Shown here piece after piece: positions 24,610-37,959 of a stretch of 64,000 nt of DNA. The stretch covers positions 620,001 through 684,000 of the forward strand of contig JALMLS010000015.1 of NCBI GenBank assembly GCA_038496445.1, in the 5' to 3' direction. The notes beneath the pieces are model-generated. The model was given only the letters and a program-made list of their open reading frames with translations. It was not told where the DNA came from and searched no databases. Within the stretch, counting starts at the first letter, position 1. Each line of letters starts with the position of its first letter. The stretch comes from Trichosphaerium sp. ATCC 40318 (Eukaryota; Protista; Tubulinea). The position numbers were made by a program, and so were the translations under genes.

Positions 24610-24855
24610 TTATTGTAAACTATCGCACGTTGGCCCCATACAACCGGTCAGTAACGTTTAACCAAATTTCCCTTAAATAGCAACCACTTAATACATTCCC
24701 CGCTTTAAACCCCAAAACCAATACAACGTACTTAAATGAGGCACTTTTACAGGTAGTTTTAGTCTTTGGGTACAATACGTTGTAAATAACTGAAATCTGT
24801 TTTTTGATCCTATTTTGTCAAAAAATCTACTCTAGGCATACGTAATATCTCACAT

Positions 24856-25131
24856 CCGGCGTCAATAAGCAAAAAACTATGAGGACAATCAGAAATGATC
24901 ACGTGCCGACTCGTGAACGCACATTGTTGGTTTGGGATCGAACAAAATTACAAAGGAATACGGAGAAATACAATTTTCTACTTGTGGGTGCTTTTGATCG
25001 GAGATCTGAAGACGTGCGATTAAGCTGTTCAGACATTCGCTTCGGGTAGATAGCCTATGCTGAAATGTTTGAGTACCATTGCAGGACAATAAATACCTAG
25101 ATTGTGATCATGTAAATCATGCCGGCTTTTC
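24856..25131 (+). ncRNA. Weak structured RNA candidate
   Basis: Terminal stem CCGGCGT/ATGCCGG followed by a T-run, inner helix ATGATCACG/TGTGATCAT, several hairpins; intergenic. Confidence 0.3.
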
Positions 25132-25523
25132 TAAAATATTGCAACCAAAAACAAGACAGATATTAATCAAGGACCAATGATGGGCATTTAGGGTCCTGCT
25201 AGCTTTGGAGTTTTGGGTATTCGCAAACCTAATGAAGTTTTCAAATTAAATTAAACAGCACATTTCCTTGCCTTTGAGTTGGTGTTGAGTGATAACTAAC
25301 AAGCATGATCAATACCTTCGCCATAGAAAATCCAGAAATGTTTCCTATTGTTCGATGCCATCAACCTTCCATTCTCAAATTAGGCAAGAAAGCCATGATA
25401 GATACGTCGACAAGGGATATTCAAATCGTAACCTTGTTTATTTGCTTATGCCAGTGGTACGTTCAACCAGAAACTTAACTCACACGCACGTGGACCAAAG
25501 ATAGAACAAGTATGTTATTGTAT

Positions 25524-26875
<1,352 letters not shown>

Positions 26876-27097
26876 TAAACTTGTGCACTTTTTTAAGGAA
26901 CTACCAGTCAAGCTTATTAGTATGTCTAATTATTGCGTAGTAGCGCAGTTCTATTGATAGTCAAATTCAGTAAGTGTATATTTATTGATTGACAGCTGAT
27001 ATCCTGGTAATCAAGTCACATAGATAGCATCTGTAGGTATCTTTGAATATGATACAGTTTGTGTAGTCACGATTGTATTTTTCTACTTTGTTTTACT

Positions 27098-28443
27098 TTA
27101 CTGCTGTCTCTTTGTATACCAGCTGTTTGAATAGACATGTGAGACTTCCAGTAATTTTATCCCTTCTGGTGTTATATCAGTGAACCCAAAATCAATCTTA
27201 TAAATATCTTTCAGTGATGTAATGCATTCATCTGTTATAACAAAACACTCTGAAAGGCAAATATTGTCAGTGCCTGCTAATTCTTTAAGGCCGTCATCTG
27301 TAACTGGTGTACAACTGAGGTCTATTGTGTGAACACCTTTCAATGCGTTAACATCTGTTACATCTGTGTTAATAAGACAAATTGTATGAACTCCTTTTAA
27401 AGCTTTGATACCCTCATCTGTAACAGCTGTACCACAGAGGTTGATCTCGTGAACACCTGCAAGTGTTTTTATGCCTTCATCTGTAATTAATTGACAACCA
27501 CATAGGTCTATTGTATGAACACCTGCGAGCGCTTTTATACCTTCATCATTCACAGTACAGAAACCAAGGTTAATATTATGGACTCCTTTTAATGCTTTAA
27601 TAGCGTCATCAGTCAGATGATAACACTCTCTAAGGTTGATAGTATGAACACCTGCAAGCGCATTAAAGTATTTACCTGTAACAAGACTTAATTCAAGATT
27701 AATATTGTGAACCCCAGCAAAAGCTTTGATATCATCATCTGTAATACAAGGCCACACATTAATTTTGCGACATCCAGATAACAGTGAAAAGGCGCTGCCA
27801 TTGCAAAACATGTGAATAATACTTTTAGCCATAATAGCTTTGTGCTTCCTAATATCCAACATGTCATCAACACACTTGATTCTAACTTCTGTGTATCCAA
27901 CAATATCATGAATAATATCAGCCATAAGATGACATGATTGAGCAACAGAACATCTATCCTTATCATTTGCATGATTTAAAACAGTTGAAATCACTTCTAC
28001 TGGAAAATCTAGAATATTCAGTTCTGTACTTGCGTGTGCTGTGGTTTCAGTGCTATTAAAAAAAGTATTAGGTCATAAACAAAGTCTTGTGAGAAATACA
28101 AAGGGAAATATTGGTGCTCAATGCGTTCAACTTGTTTTATGTATAAAGGTTGAATGACAAGTTGACGATACCTTAAATCTCTTCTTTGTTTTGGGTTTGG
28201 CTCTTTTAAACCCTTGTAAACTATTGTACGGGTAGTGTTCTTTGCATCAGCAGTGCTATCCATGCGTGTACGAATGAATTGATCGAGTTGATTAACAAGA
28301 CTAGTATTGGCGATATTTAGAATACCATCCAGTTGTTTCATGAATGTTTCGCTTTGTTCTGCCATAATTTTACAAAAATCCTCTTTGTGGGTCTCACAAT
28401 AGTAGTTCAATGCTTGCTCAACTGAAACACCAATGCAATTCAT
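27098..28443 (-). CDS. F-box + LRR protein with helical N-terminal exon, 2 exons
   Basis: ORF starting 28443 splices (AG|GTATCG..TAATAG) into LNILDFPVEVISTVLN F-box; ~8 repeats of TDEGIKALxGVHTIxL. Confidence 0.82.
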
Positions 28444-28733
28444 GATTTATTGCCTTGTATGTCGTTGCTATAAAGTAGTCAACTTAAGTATTCTGTATAA
28501 TGGCGGCTTAATCTGGTAAGGCGCGGTCTAAGAAGCAGTTGGCTTGTTTTTGTTGGTTTTTGTACAAGCGTTCAATCGCTTTGTTATTGATGTTGGTAGC
28601 TCAAGTGTAAAACAAATATAGAACTCTTTATTTTGTTATTTATTACAAATAAAAAGTTGGCTAACTAATCCGTAAATTATAATTGTAGACTTAATTGAGG
28701 AGCTGCTTCTTTCTTGCTTTTTTATGTGCACTG

Positions 28734-30091
28734 TCAATCATATCTCCACTTTTTCAAACCATTCCATCCAATACACTCACACACTATTGCAGAAGATCCT
28801 TTTGATTGTACAATTATACCTTGCTTTCCTCTGATTTGAATTGAAACAGAATGATAGTACTCGCTATGTCCAACACCTGCACTATCTACGAATATTTGAG
28901 AGGTGATATTGCCCTCTTTGTTAATAAAAATCAAGCATGCGCCACTGTCAGAGAAAGGACGAAATGCCACCAATAGAATAGTGTGATCTGAAAAATGATA
29001 ATCGACTATGTTTCCATTTGTTGAAATCTCTGTTGTAATTTCTGTCTGCCAAACCAGATTAAATATACTGTTGTCTTCCTTGTACTTGTACACAAACTTA
29101 TTATCCATCATAATTAAGTAATCATTTTTAGAAGTAATTTGATGTACATGGTGATTCAGCACACCGACTTGTTTGCCAGTTTGGATATCAATCACAACAG
29201 TTGTATTTTCTGTTTGTTCATCTTTAATGTAAATAAATTTATCCTTCAGTCTCAATGAGCGCGGGGACATTGCAAGAGGACACAAATGAATTATATCAAT
29301 GGTCCACATTGTAGAACCTAAAATAAACAATCTTTAATGACACGAATGATAAACAAAAAAGAAGCAACTAAAGTTGTTTTCACTCTTGGTTTCAACCTGT
29401 GTCGTACCATCCTTCAGATTTACAGCACACATATCTCTCTTATTTAAACCTCTCCATTGGTTACCATTTGCCAAAACCATGGTGGCACTTTGATCGTCAA
29501 TTGATCTTACAAAACCAGGGTTTTTTATTTGCCATACTTTTTTCTTGGTTTTTTTACAAAACCCAATGTATGCTGTTGGTTCTTGACTTAGGACGATATC
29601 ACCAATATCGAATAACATTCCCTTTGTAATTTTCTTCCATGAATCTTTGTCGAAAATAGGACCATGATAATAATCCAGAGAAGGAGGAGGTGATGAAGAT
29701 ATCAGGTCACCAGTTTTAATATCAAAAACTTTATCTTTTATTCTGCACTCACTCTTAAATTACACGTGTTAGTAATTGCGCACGTGCGTTACATCAATTT
29801 GACCTGACATACCTGATATTGTTTCTCCAAGTGACGCGCAAAACAAAGGTATTGTAAGCCATCAAACTTGGATATGTCAGTACCTCCAAGTTTCGTTGGC
29901 CATTCGCAAATTGGACCATAAAACAAGGGATTGTCCCATTGAGCTTTGAATAATTGTTTTGTATTCTTTTGAGAACATATTATGTCACGAGCTTGCTTGT
30001 GAGTGGTTGAGAAGGCTATGATCGCTTTAAAACTCTTTGTTTGCTCCATAACCGCCAACAACGTTTCTGGAACATTGAATACGTTCTCCAT
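28734..30091 (-). CDS. F-box-like + PQQ/WD-type beta-propeller protein (copy 1), 3 exons
   Basis: NVPETLLAVMEQ..IIAFSTTHKQARDII; blade motifs FDIKTGDLI, KKTKKKVWQ, VNLKDGSTMWT, IDIQTGKQV. Confidence 0.65.
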
Positions 30092-30612
30092 TGTATATTG
30101 CGACAGTAGGCTTCCGTTACTGGTTAATAGAAATTAAACACAACTTAAGTTCAGGCTAGGGCAGCGCTGACTTTTGTTCTATTCTATCCTGCTGAACGGT
30201 GTCAAGCTCAAATCGTCTGTACCAAGCAGAAGCTTGACTAGAAGGCGACATAGAACAGTTCTACAGTTTGATACTCATGCAGGGCTTGATGAGTGTAGTA
30301 TTTGTGATGCTGCTCTTGAATATGTGAAAGTTTTGTGCAGATTCTGTGTGGTTTATAAGCAAACGGATCACGTGTTAGGTTGCATCTACCTTACGAAGAG
30401 CACGCTTTCAATAAACAATTAAAGAACCTCTTACAGTTCAAGCATCTCCTTGACATAGTTATTTGTATAGTAAACTACAATCCTCGTTTGACCCAACGAT
30501 ATACATAACAACCTGAACAATCATATCTCAACATTTTATCTAAAAAAAACAAAGACCATTTATTTACTGTTCAAAGTTGGTTACCATGTCTATTACAGCA
30601 CATTGTATTAGA

Positions 30613-31377
30613 TTATGAATACGATGCTATGATATTCCTTGCAACCTTTGCTCTTTTTAGCATACCAATGGCATCGCGTGTAACTCTGGAACAAAATCGT
30701 ATGTCTATTGTATCAGCACCACTTAAAGCCATGATACCATCACATGTTATCTTGTCGCATTTGAAAAGGTTTATGGTATGTACTCCTTTAAGAGCTTTAA
30801 TGCCTTTATCAGATACACTTGAACAGAAAGAAAGATCAATATCATGAACACCTGCCAACATTGCAACACCTTTATCTGTTATTCTGTTACAATTTCCAAG
30901 GTTAATAGTATGAACGCCTTTAAGATGTTTGATCCCTTCATCTGTAATGTTACCACATTCACACAAGTTCACTGTATGTGCTGCTGATAGATACTTTAAC
31001 CCCTTGTCTGTAACATAAGGATGAACAGGGCTCCCTATTGGTTCAAGAGTAATCCAAATAGATGTACTTCTGAACGCTCTGTAAACAACCGTATTTTGTC
31101 CACCCCTGAAGTACTTAATGCCTTCAAGTGTGATCAGAATATCATCTGAAGGTCTCGGGCAATACACGTGCGCTGTTTTAAGAATATAGGGATACTTCGA
31201 AAGTAATTGAGCAGAGGGAAAAGAAGTTATGTTAACTGTTCTGTAACCAACGTAATCATGTATTAGATCTCTAAACACTGTATTCGCTTGCGCTGAATTA
31301 CATCTATCTCTATCGCTTAAATAGTTTAGAATCATTACATTGATTTCATTGGGTACATCTGCAAGCGTGGTATCCAT
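30613..31377 (-). CDS. F-box + LRR protein, intronless (paralog of 9658-10413)
   Basis: Nearly identical protein to 9658-10413. Confidence 0.85.
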   Translation of the reverse strand: MDTTLADVPNEINVMILNYLSDRDRCNSAQANTVFRDLIHDYVGYRTVNITSFPSAQLLSKYPYILKTAHVYCPRPSDDILITLEGIKYFRGGQNTVVYRAFRSTSIWITLEPIGSPVHPYVTDKGLKYLSAAHTVNLCECGNITDEGIKHLKGVHTINLGNCNRITDKGVAMLAGVHDIDLSFCSSVSDKGIKALKGVHTINLFKCDKITCDGIMALSGADTIDIRFCSRVTRDAIGMLKRAKVARNIIASYS

Positions 31378-31955
31378 GATTAAGAGTGTTTAAGAATCAA
31401 TTAAGTCACTATGCGGTTCTAGGTACTCAGTTTCAGCAAATAGCTTTGAGATGGATGTAGCTCCAATATGTATGTAGGTTTGCTTACGAGTATGGGTCGC
31501 CATTCCATACAATGTAAGGATTAGGAACTGTTGGTTAGTTTATCCAGGGACACATGTCTGTTTTCTGCTGTTCTAAGCGAAACAGCACGACCTTCTGCAA
31601 CTTGGTACATCGTTCCAGCGTTGCTACCTACTAACACTTCCTCAACGGCTGCTTTCTTTTACGTGTGCCATAAATGCTTTAATGTCTTTTGCGATAAAAA
31701 GCTATTATCAGAAAGCGATCCTAATGGAGCGTTTAGGGAAGGAGGATACGCATAACAAGCCAAGCACACAGCACAACAATATTGTTCCACTGGTCTGCGA
31801 ATTCATTTCGAAATTCTCGACTAATAACTGTTTCAAACACTTCACGCAGTAAAGTTACAATCCAGTTACGTCAAGCTACATTCAATACTACGATATGTTC
31901 GCAAAGCATTTATTTTAACAAATTTAAATAAGAGATGGTAGTATCAAAACACTAT

Positions 31956-34900
31956 TTAATGAGCAGGGTGAGAAAATTCAGATGCATCTGCGAGAATTTG
32001 TTTTTCTTGCTCTTCAAACTTGGCAACAACCCCCTCAAGCTTGCCAGCAGCAGCAGTAAGCTTCTTTTTCGTAATTTCGACTTGGAAGAACTCATTGAGT
32101 TTGTCTTCAGGCAAAGTCGATACTAGACCGTGGATGTTATCCCACAAGTCACTTTGTCTAAACAAAGTGTCAAAATACAGAAAATACATAAAAAAATTCC
32201 GGTTCTATCGTACATTGGTACAATGAAGTAGTTGTACAACTTCAACATAACATTCTTTGTGAGGCGCTCCTTGATGGTCTTAAATAGCTCTTGAGCGAGT
32301 TTTGTAACAGCTGATCGTGTTTCATCCTCATCACCACCTTTGCTTCTATCAGTAGCACGGTCTGTTGGCAATTTCTTTTCCAAAAATCTGCAAAGGATAA
32401 TTAGAATAACAGCTAACGAGGTACTGCCACATACTCTGTATGTTCCCAAAGGATGGTCTCAGTGCCGTAAAATTCGTCACTGCACTTTTCTACGCATTTT
32501 GTGGCAACGTTGGTGATGAATGTGCTGAATAAATCTTGGACGTATGTTTTGAAGTGAGGGTAGTTATCAGCATTGTCAATTGACGTTTCACTGCCGGAGG
32601 ACTTTCTGGCCTCTAGAACCTTATCGGCAATAGTGCCGAGGTTCTTAGCAATGTGAGCAGCACGCTGTGTCAATTGTTCAATCAATGGAGTGAACTGTTT
32701 TTTGCTGTGCATTTGAGCGAGGTCGGAAGCCTGGGAATAAAATTAGTAACTGAATAAAAAATAACGAAAAAGGCAACAACGTACAGCCCAAGCGTATTTT
32801 GGAACGTTGTTCAATTGAGATACACCAGATGCAGTTTGAACATCTCCCTTTGAGAGTTTTGGGAGTGATGTTTGGTCGCACACAGCTTTGAACTCTGAGA
32901 GCAAACGCTCAAATTGTTGACCACCGTATACTTTGCAGTCAAAGAAAGGTACAGTCTCGGAATTGGCTTCAAAGCTGAGAGATTTTCCATTAGCATCAGT
33001 CCATTCAAAGTTAGCTAGAGTTGAGTGAGCTACAGCAATAAACAACATAAAACCACATACATAAACTGCTTCTCTCGTCTTTCAAAGTTTGACCAAGAAC
33101 GGAAGGATTGCCTTCGGCTGTACCATAAACCAACTTTTGCAATACTTGCAAGTATGATGTAACGTATGAGTTGGCAATAGAGCGGAAACGATATGGGTCG
33201 AGTTCAGCAGCCTAGAGCTTAAGGTAAGCGACACTATAAATATTATGAGAGCCACCACTCACTTGTTTCTTGAGGTCGACGAGGGAGGTTTTGCCTGACG
33301 TCTTCTTTTGTCTCAAGGTTTTCAAGATTTGTGGGACAGTATTTTGGTACTTCTTCCAGATATCAGTGAAGATTTGTTTGCGTAGAGCGTGGAGACCAAC
33401 GTTACGTTCAAAACTAATTTAAGTAAGTAAAAAAAAATAAAACAGATATTTAGTTATGTACCGTTTATCGTATTGAAGAGATTCCAAGTTGTTCATATCT
33501 CTCTTAAATGATTGCCAGAGTTTGAGTTGGTACTTATCAGGTGCAGCAAACTTGGCTCTGACCTTCCAGCTAGGGAGGGATACAAAGAAAGTCTTTGCAT
33601 CAGGAAGTTGACCGCTCAAGTATCGGTTTACTTCCTCCAAGCTTTGGAGAGCCAATAAAGCGGTGTGGAAAGATGTGTAAATAAACACAGAGCGTGACAA
33701 GTTAGGGTCAAGAGCTTTTACGATCTTTGGCATGACAAGTTGCTCCCACGGTTGCGAGCGCTCTACAACGAGCAACATACGGTTAGGTGGAGAAGCCAAA
33801 GATTCTACCAATTCTCTGCAGAAAGCACCATCAGCAGTATCCTGAAAACGATAGTTAGTCAAAAAACCCAAACTCGCCAAACAAAGCAGTAAAAATTAAA
33901 TCAATGTCATAATTAGCATAAAAAACAAGTATTAACGCGTACAGGGATACCAGGACAATCAATAAAGGTCATGTTCATGACGTTATTGCTTTCCCACTGC
34001 ACATAAACTGGTTTGTTAGAGTACTTGGCGTTTCTCTTCAAAATTTCAGCAGGCAAAGCCTCAAGTGCTACCTCGCGATCACGGTCGAATTCATTACCGC
34101 TCAATTCGTTATCTCTACACAATCACGTTTAGTTTTAGAATTAAATTCAAAAAAAACAAAGTATACAAATTAAAGCAAAAAAGTGCAAAAACATATCTAG
34201 TTTGAATGGGTGTTGTCAACAAATGTTTTAGAAAAAGAAATGTGCGCTTACCTCTTTAAAGTGCATTTTGGCTCTGCGCATGATAGATTATTGACGAGCT
34301 TGACGTAAAGAGGGCGTTTCAAAGTATCTATTATTTTATAAGCGTTTAGTGACTTTATAATTGCAATCACTCGTACGTTGTGGACCGTGTACGGAGAATT
34401 GGTAACCGAGGAGTGCTTCCAAAAGCGCAGATTTCGAGCTACCGGCTGGGCCTATTAGTACAACTTCTGGGTGACCAATAGGTGTATCCAACCTTATAAG
34501 ATCGTTAACTTTCGCTTCAAGCGACACTAAAATGCGGTAAATTTGCTACGTACTCTCTAGAGAATCCTTGCAATTTATTGTATGCAGTATAAACGCTTGA
34601 AGGGAAGAGGTTGTAGATTTGTTTGAAGATGTCTTCGGGTTCGCCCGCATCGCCTTTAGCGTTCTCTAACTCTTGAATTTCAATGTTCTCATCTACATCC
34701 TCCACTACAGGGCGACTTTAGTGCTGTTTTAAAGTAGTTCTTAAAATACCTATATTGCGAAGCGTGTCTGTCTTTTCCTTCTTGCGTCTGGACTTGCGAT
34801 CTTCTTCCTCTTGGTTTCGCTTCGTTTCATCCTTTTGACGTTTTTTTTGTTCGTGCTCTGCTCTTTTGCGAGCTTCGCGCTCGGCTTCTTTTCTTTTGCG

Positions 34901-35136
34901 CTCTTCTCTTTTACGTTGTTCGCGCTCAGCCTCTCTTTGTTGCTCTTCAATTTCGGCTTGGTCCTCTTCTTGCTGTTCTGGTGCAGCTATAATCAGCCGT
35001 TAGCGATAAAGCGCTAATTGGTAGCGCTCGTACGTTCTGCTTGCTCTCCAGCAGACTCACTCTTGGACTTAGTGCTTGGCTCCTCGTGCTTTTTAGTCTT
35101 TTTACCGTCCTTCTTGCTCTTCTTGTTCTTGAACAT
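31956..35136 (-). CDS. Dynamin-like protein, DRP5A/ARC5/Dlp group
   Basis: AYNKLQ, PEVVLIGPAGSSKSALLEALLG, KRPL, FIDCPG, DPNLSRSVFI, KVYGGQQFERLLSEF; Lys/Glu-rich N-terminus. Confidence 0.85.
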
Positions 35137-35460
35137 GACTTGCCTCTTTACTTTGCGGTAGTTTTAAAAAAGATTGAGTCAAATTTGGATTAGAAAATTC
35201 TTGACATCGACTTTTTAACACAAACTGCAAAAATTGAATTAAAAATAAGCCGTGTACATTTTGTGACACGTACATATGGTAGGCTAGTACAAGTAGAGTT
35301 TTAGTACATAGATTTGATGACTGTTGCGCGATATTCTTACATTGTCAACAGTACAAATTAAGTAGGCCTACTTTGAATTTCATCTGCGCAGAACGCTGCA
35401 ACTTCTTTCTAAAACGCTCTAAATTGGCTTTTTGGGAACGGTTCTCCCTGGCATAGTCCA

Positions 35461-37775
35461 ATGGCGTCTTCCTTTCCACTAGCTCGTGGAGTAAGCTATT
35501 ATTCTCCAAGATCACCACGCCATAGGCATGCTGGCGTATTTATCACGCGCATTTTTACATTCCTTCAGGCTACGTGTTAGACAATCTTCAGAGGCTAGGT
35601 TGTATGGTGGAGTACCTAACTACCCTATACGCACTATGCCTGAGTTTTCTGACGAACAAGACTATTTGGCCGATGAAAAATTAATAATAGTCATGGTTGG
35701 GCTACCTGCGCGTGGAAAGAGCTATGTTTCAAAGTTCTTAAAGAAGTTTATTGGCTGGATGGGTTACAATATTGAGGTAGCGTCAAATAACACTAAAACC
35801 CGCTCAATATAATAGGTATTTAACGTTGGTGCTTTGCGGAGGAATAAACTTGAGGGCAAACAAATGCAAGATTTTTTTGATCCTACTTCCACAGCAAACA
35901 TATCCATACGTGATCAAGTACGTTTTACGCCTATTTTCTCGAGTTCGGCAATCTTTTACAACTTTTACAAAATTTTTATCGGTGAAACCTAAATTGAACT
36001 CTAAGCTTGCTATGACTGTTCTGGAGCATTTACTAGAATGGTTGAATAACGGTGGACACGTTGGGATCCATGATGCAACCAATTCAACGGAACAACGGCG
36101 GTATGTCGTAAAATCATTTTACAGAAAATCTCGTATTTTTTTTTTCATTTTTATTTAAAACAAACACTCTCAGGGTCTTCAAGTGGTGTGTTCCCTTAAA
36201 TGGAATTGGGAACGTTTTTAGTATTTTGGTTTAAAAAACTGAATTCAGTTGCCAAGATGGGCGTCTTTGGGGAAACAAAGAGTTTCATAATGGGTTTTTA
36301 TTGATGTATTTTTTACAGACAAATGTTGATCGAGCGTGTAAGTCGAGAAAAAGGTGTCAAGCTTCTCTTTTTAGAGAGTGTTTGTACAGATGAAGATATA
36401 CTAGCAAAGAATATAAACATGAAACTACAATCGCCTGATTACCGTGACATGGATAAAGAAATTGCATCAAAGGATTTTAAGGTCAGGTTAAGTAATTATA
36501 CCAAGGCTTACCAGGAAATCAAACATGAATCATATAAGGATGTTGCATACATAAAAGTACGTGATTTTTTTCTTGTCAGTTAGGACACTGTCATGTGCTG
36601 TCACGTGACAAAGATTTGAAACTGTGAAAAACTTAACATTTGTTAAGTTGATCAATGTTGGACGTCAAGTAATGACGAATCAAATAGAAGGTTATTTACC
36701 TAGTCAGATTGTTACAGCATTAATGAATTACCATATTCAAAAGAGAAAGATATATCTAGTAAGACACGGTGAGAGCCTTGATAACTTAAAGTACGTGCTT
36801 CAAGAAACCACCATTTGTGTTTGTTAATTCCCTTTCAGAAGCAGAATTGGAGGAGACTCTGTTTTGAGTCCACGAGGAGAAGTTTTTTCGCGTGCCGTTT
36901 GTGAGTTTAGTACGTAGTCTTTCTCGTTATTCTCTTGGCCACACTGATTTCTTTTTAATTGTAGTAACAAGACAAAACCCTGAGAATATGACAGTTTACA
37001 CAAGTGCACTAAAGAGAACAGTAGCAACAGCATCTCCTTTAAAAGCAAAATATAAAGTTATAAAATTGCGTGTATTGAATGAAATATATGCAGGTGCTTG
37101 CGAGGTATGTATAAAAGCGTTGTAACGGTTGGCTTATAATCAACAAGGGCTTGACGTACCAAGAAATAGCTGAAAAGTTCCCAGAGGTATGTTCACGTTT
37201 CTTTTCTTGTTTGTTAAATTCTGCGTTAAGGAATACGAAGCACGTGCTGTTGATAAGTTAAGATACAGGTATCCAGGTGGAGGAGAGAGTTATGTTGATT
37301 TAATAGAGCGGTTGCGGGTAAGAACTACAAAAGGGACCCGTTCTCATTTTTTTTTGATTATCTTTTGCACGAACTAATCAAACTATTAAGCCTATGATCA
37401 TTGAAGTAGAACGACAAAAACGTGATATTCTTATTGTTGGCCATCAGGTAAGCAACAAAGACAGCAACCATAAACTCTATTGAGGCGTTTATTAATCTAT
37501 TTTCTTAGGCAATCTTGCGTACTTTGTACGCATACTTCAGGTGTGTACCTAAGGAACAATTACCTTTTATTTCTATTCCATTACACCAAGTTATTGAGCT
37601 ATCACCTGCTCCATATGGAATGTCTGAAGTAAGATATGATATTGGCCTTGAAGCTTTTGCACAAAAAGAAAAGCTTGGAGAAAATAATGATAGTGATAAA
37701 ACTTTCTGGACTGTTTGTCCTCAATCTGAGGGTACTCAGCTTGTACCAATAGAACCGGTTGTAGTACCTTTGTAG
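35461..37775 (+). CDS. PFKFB: 6-phosphofructo-2-kinase/fructose-2,6-bisphosphatase
   Basis: MVGLPARGKS, FNVG, DATNST, FLESVC, SPDY, RHGES, LNEIYAGACEG, YRYPGGGESY, GHQA. Confidence 0.95.
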
Positions 37776-37959
37776 AAAAATAATAAGTGGAAAAAAAGAA
37801 ATTTGATAAAGTGCCTTAACGTCAATCAATAAACAACACATTTTGGCCAGTCCGAGCAAAAGTCAGTGAATACATTTCTGTTTGAAGTCTTACGCAGTCA
37901 TACCAAAATTTCACGAATAAATACCTTACAAGACGCGTGTAATCGTGTAGTATAGTAGA

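Noticed and set aside
24920-24965. snR30/U17 m1 and m2 motifs (UAUUCC, AAACCA) on the minus strand
   Set aside because: Flanking stems do not pair and no ACA box is at the required distance.
28498-28560. tRNA-Leu-like D-arm sequence (GCGGTCTAAG)
   Set aside because: No T-arm GTTCRA or acceptor stem could be formed.
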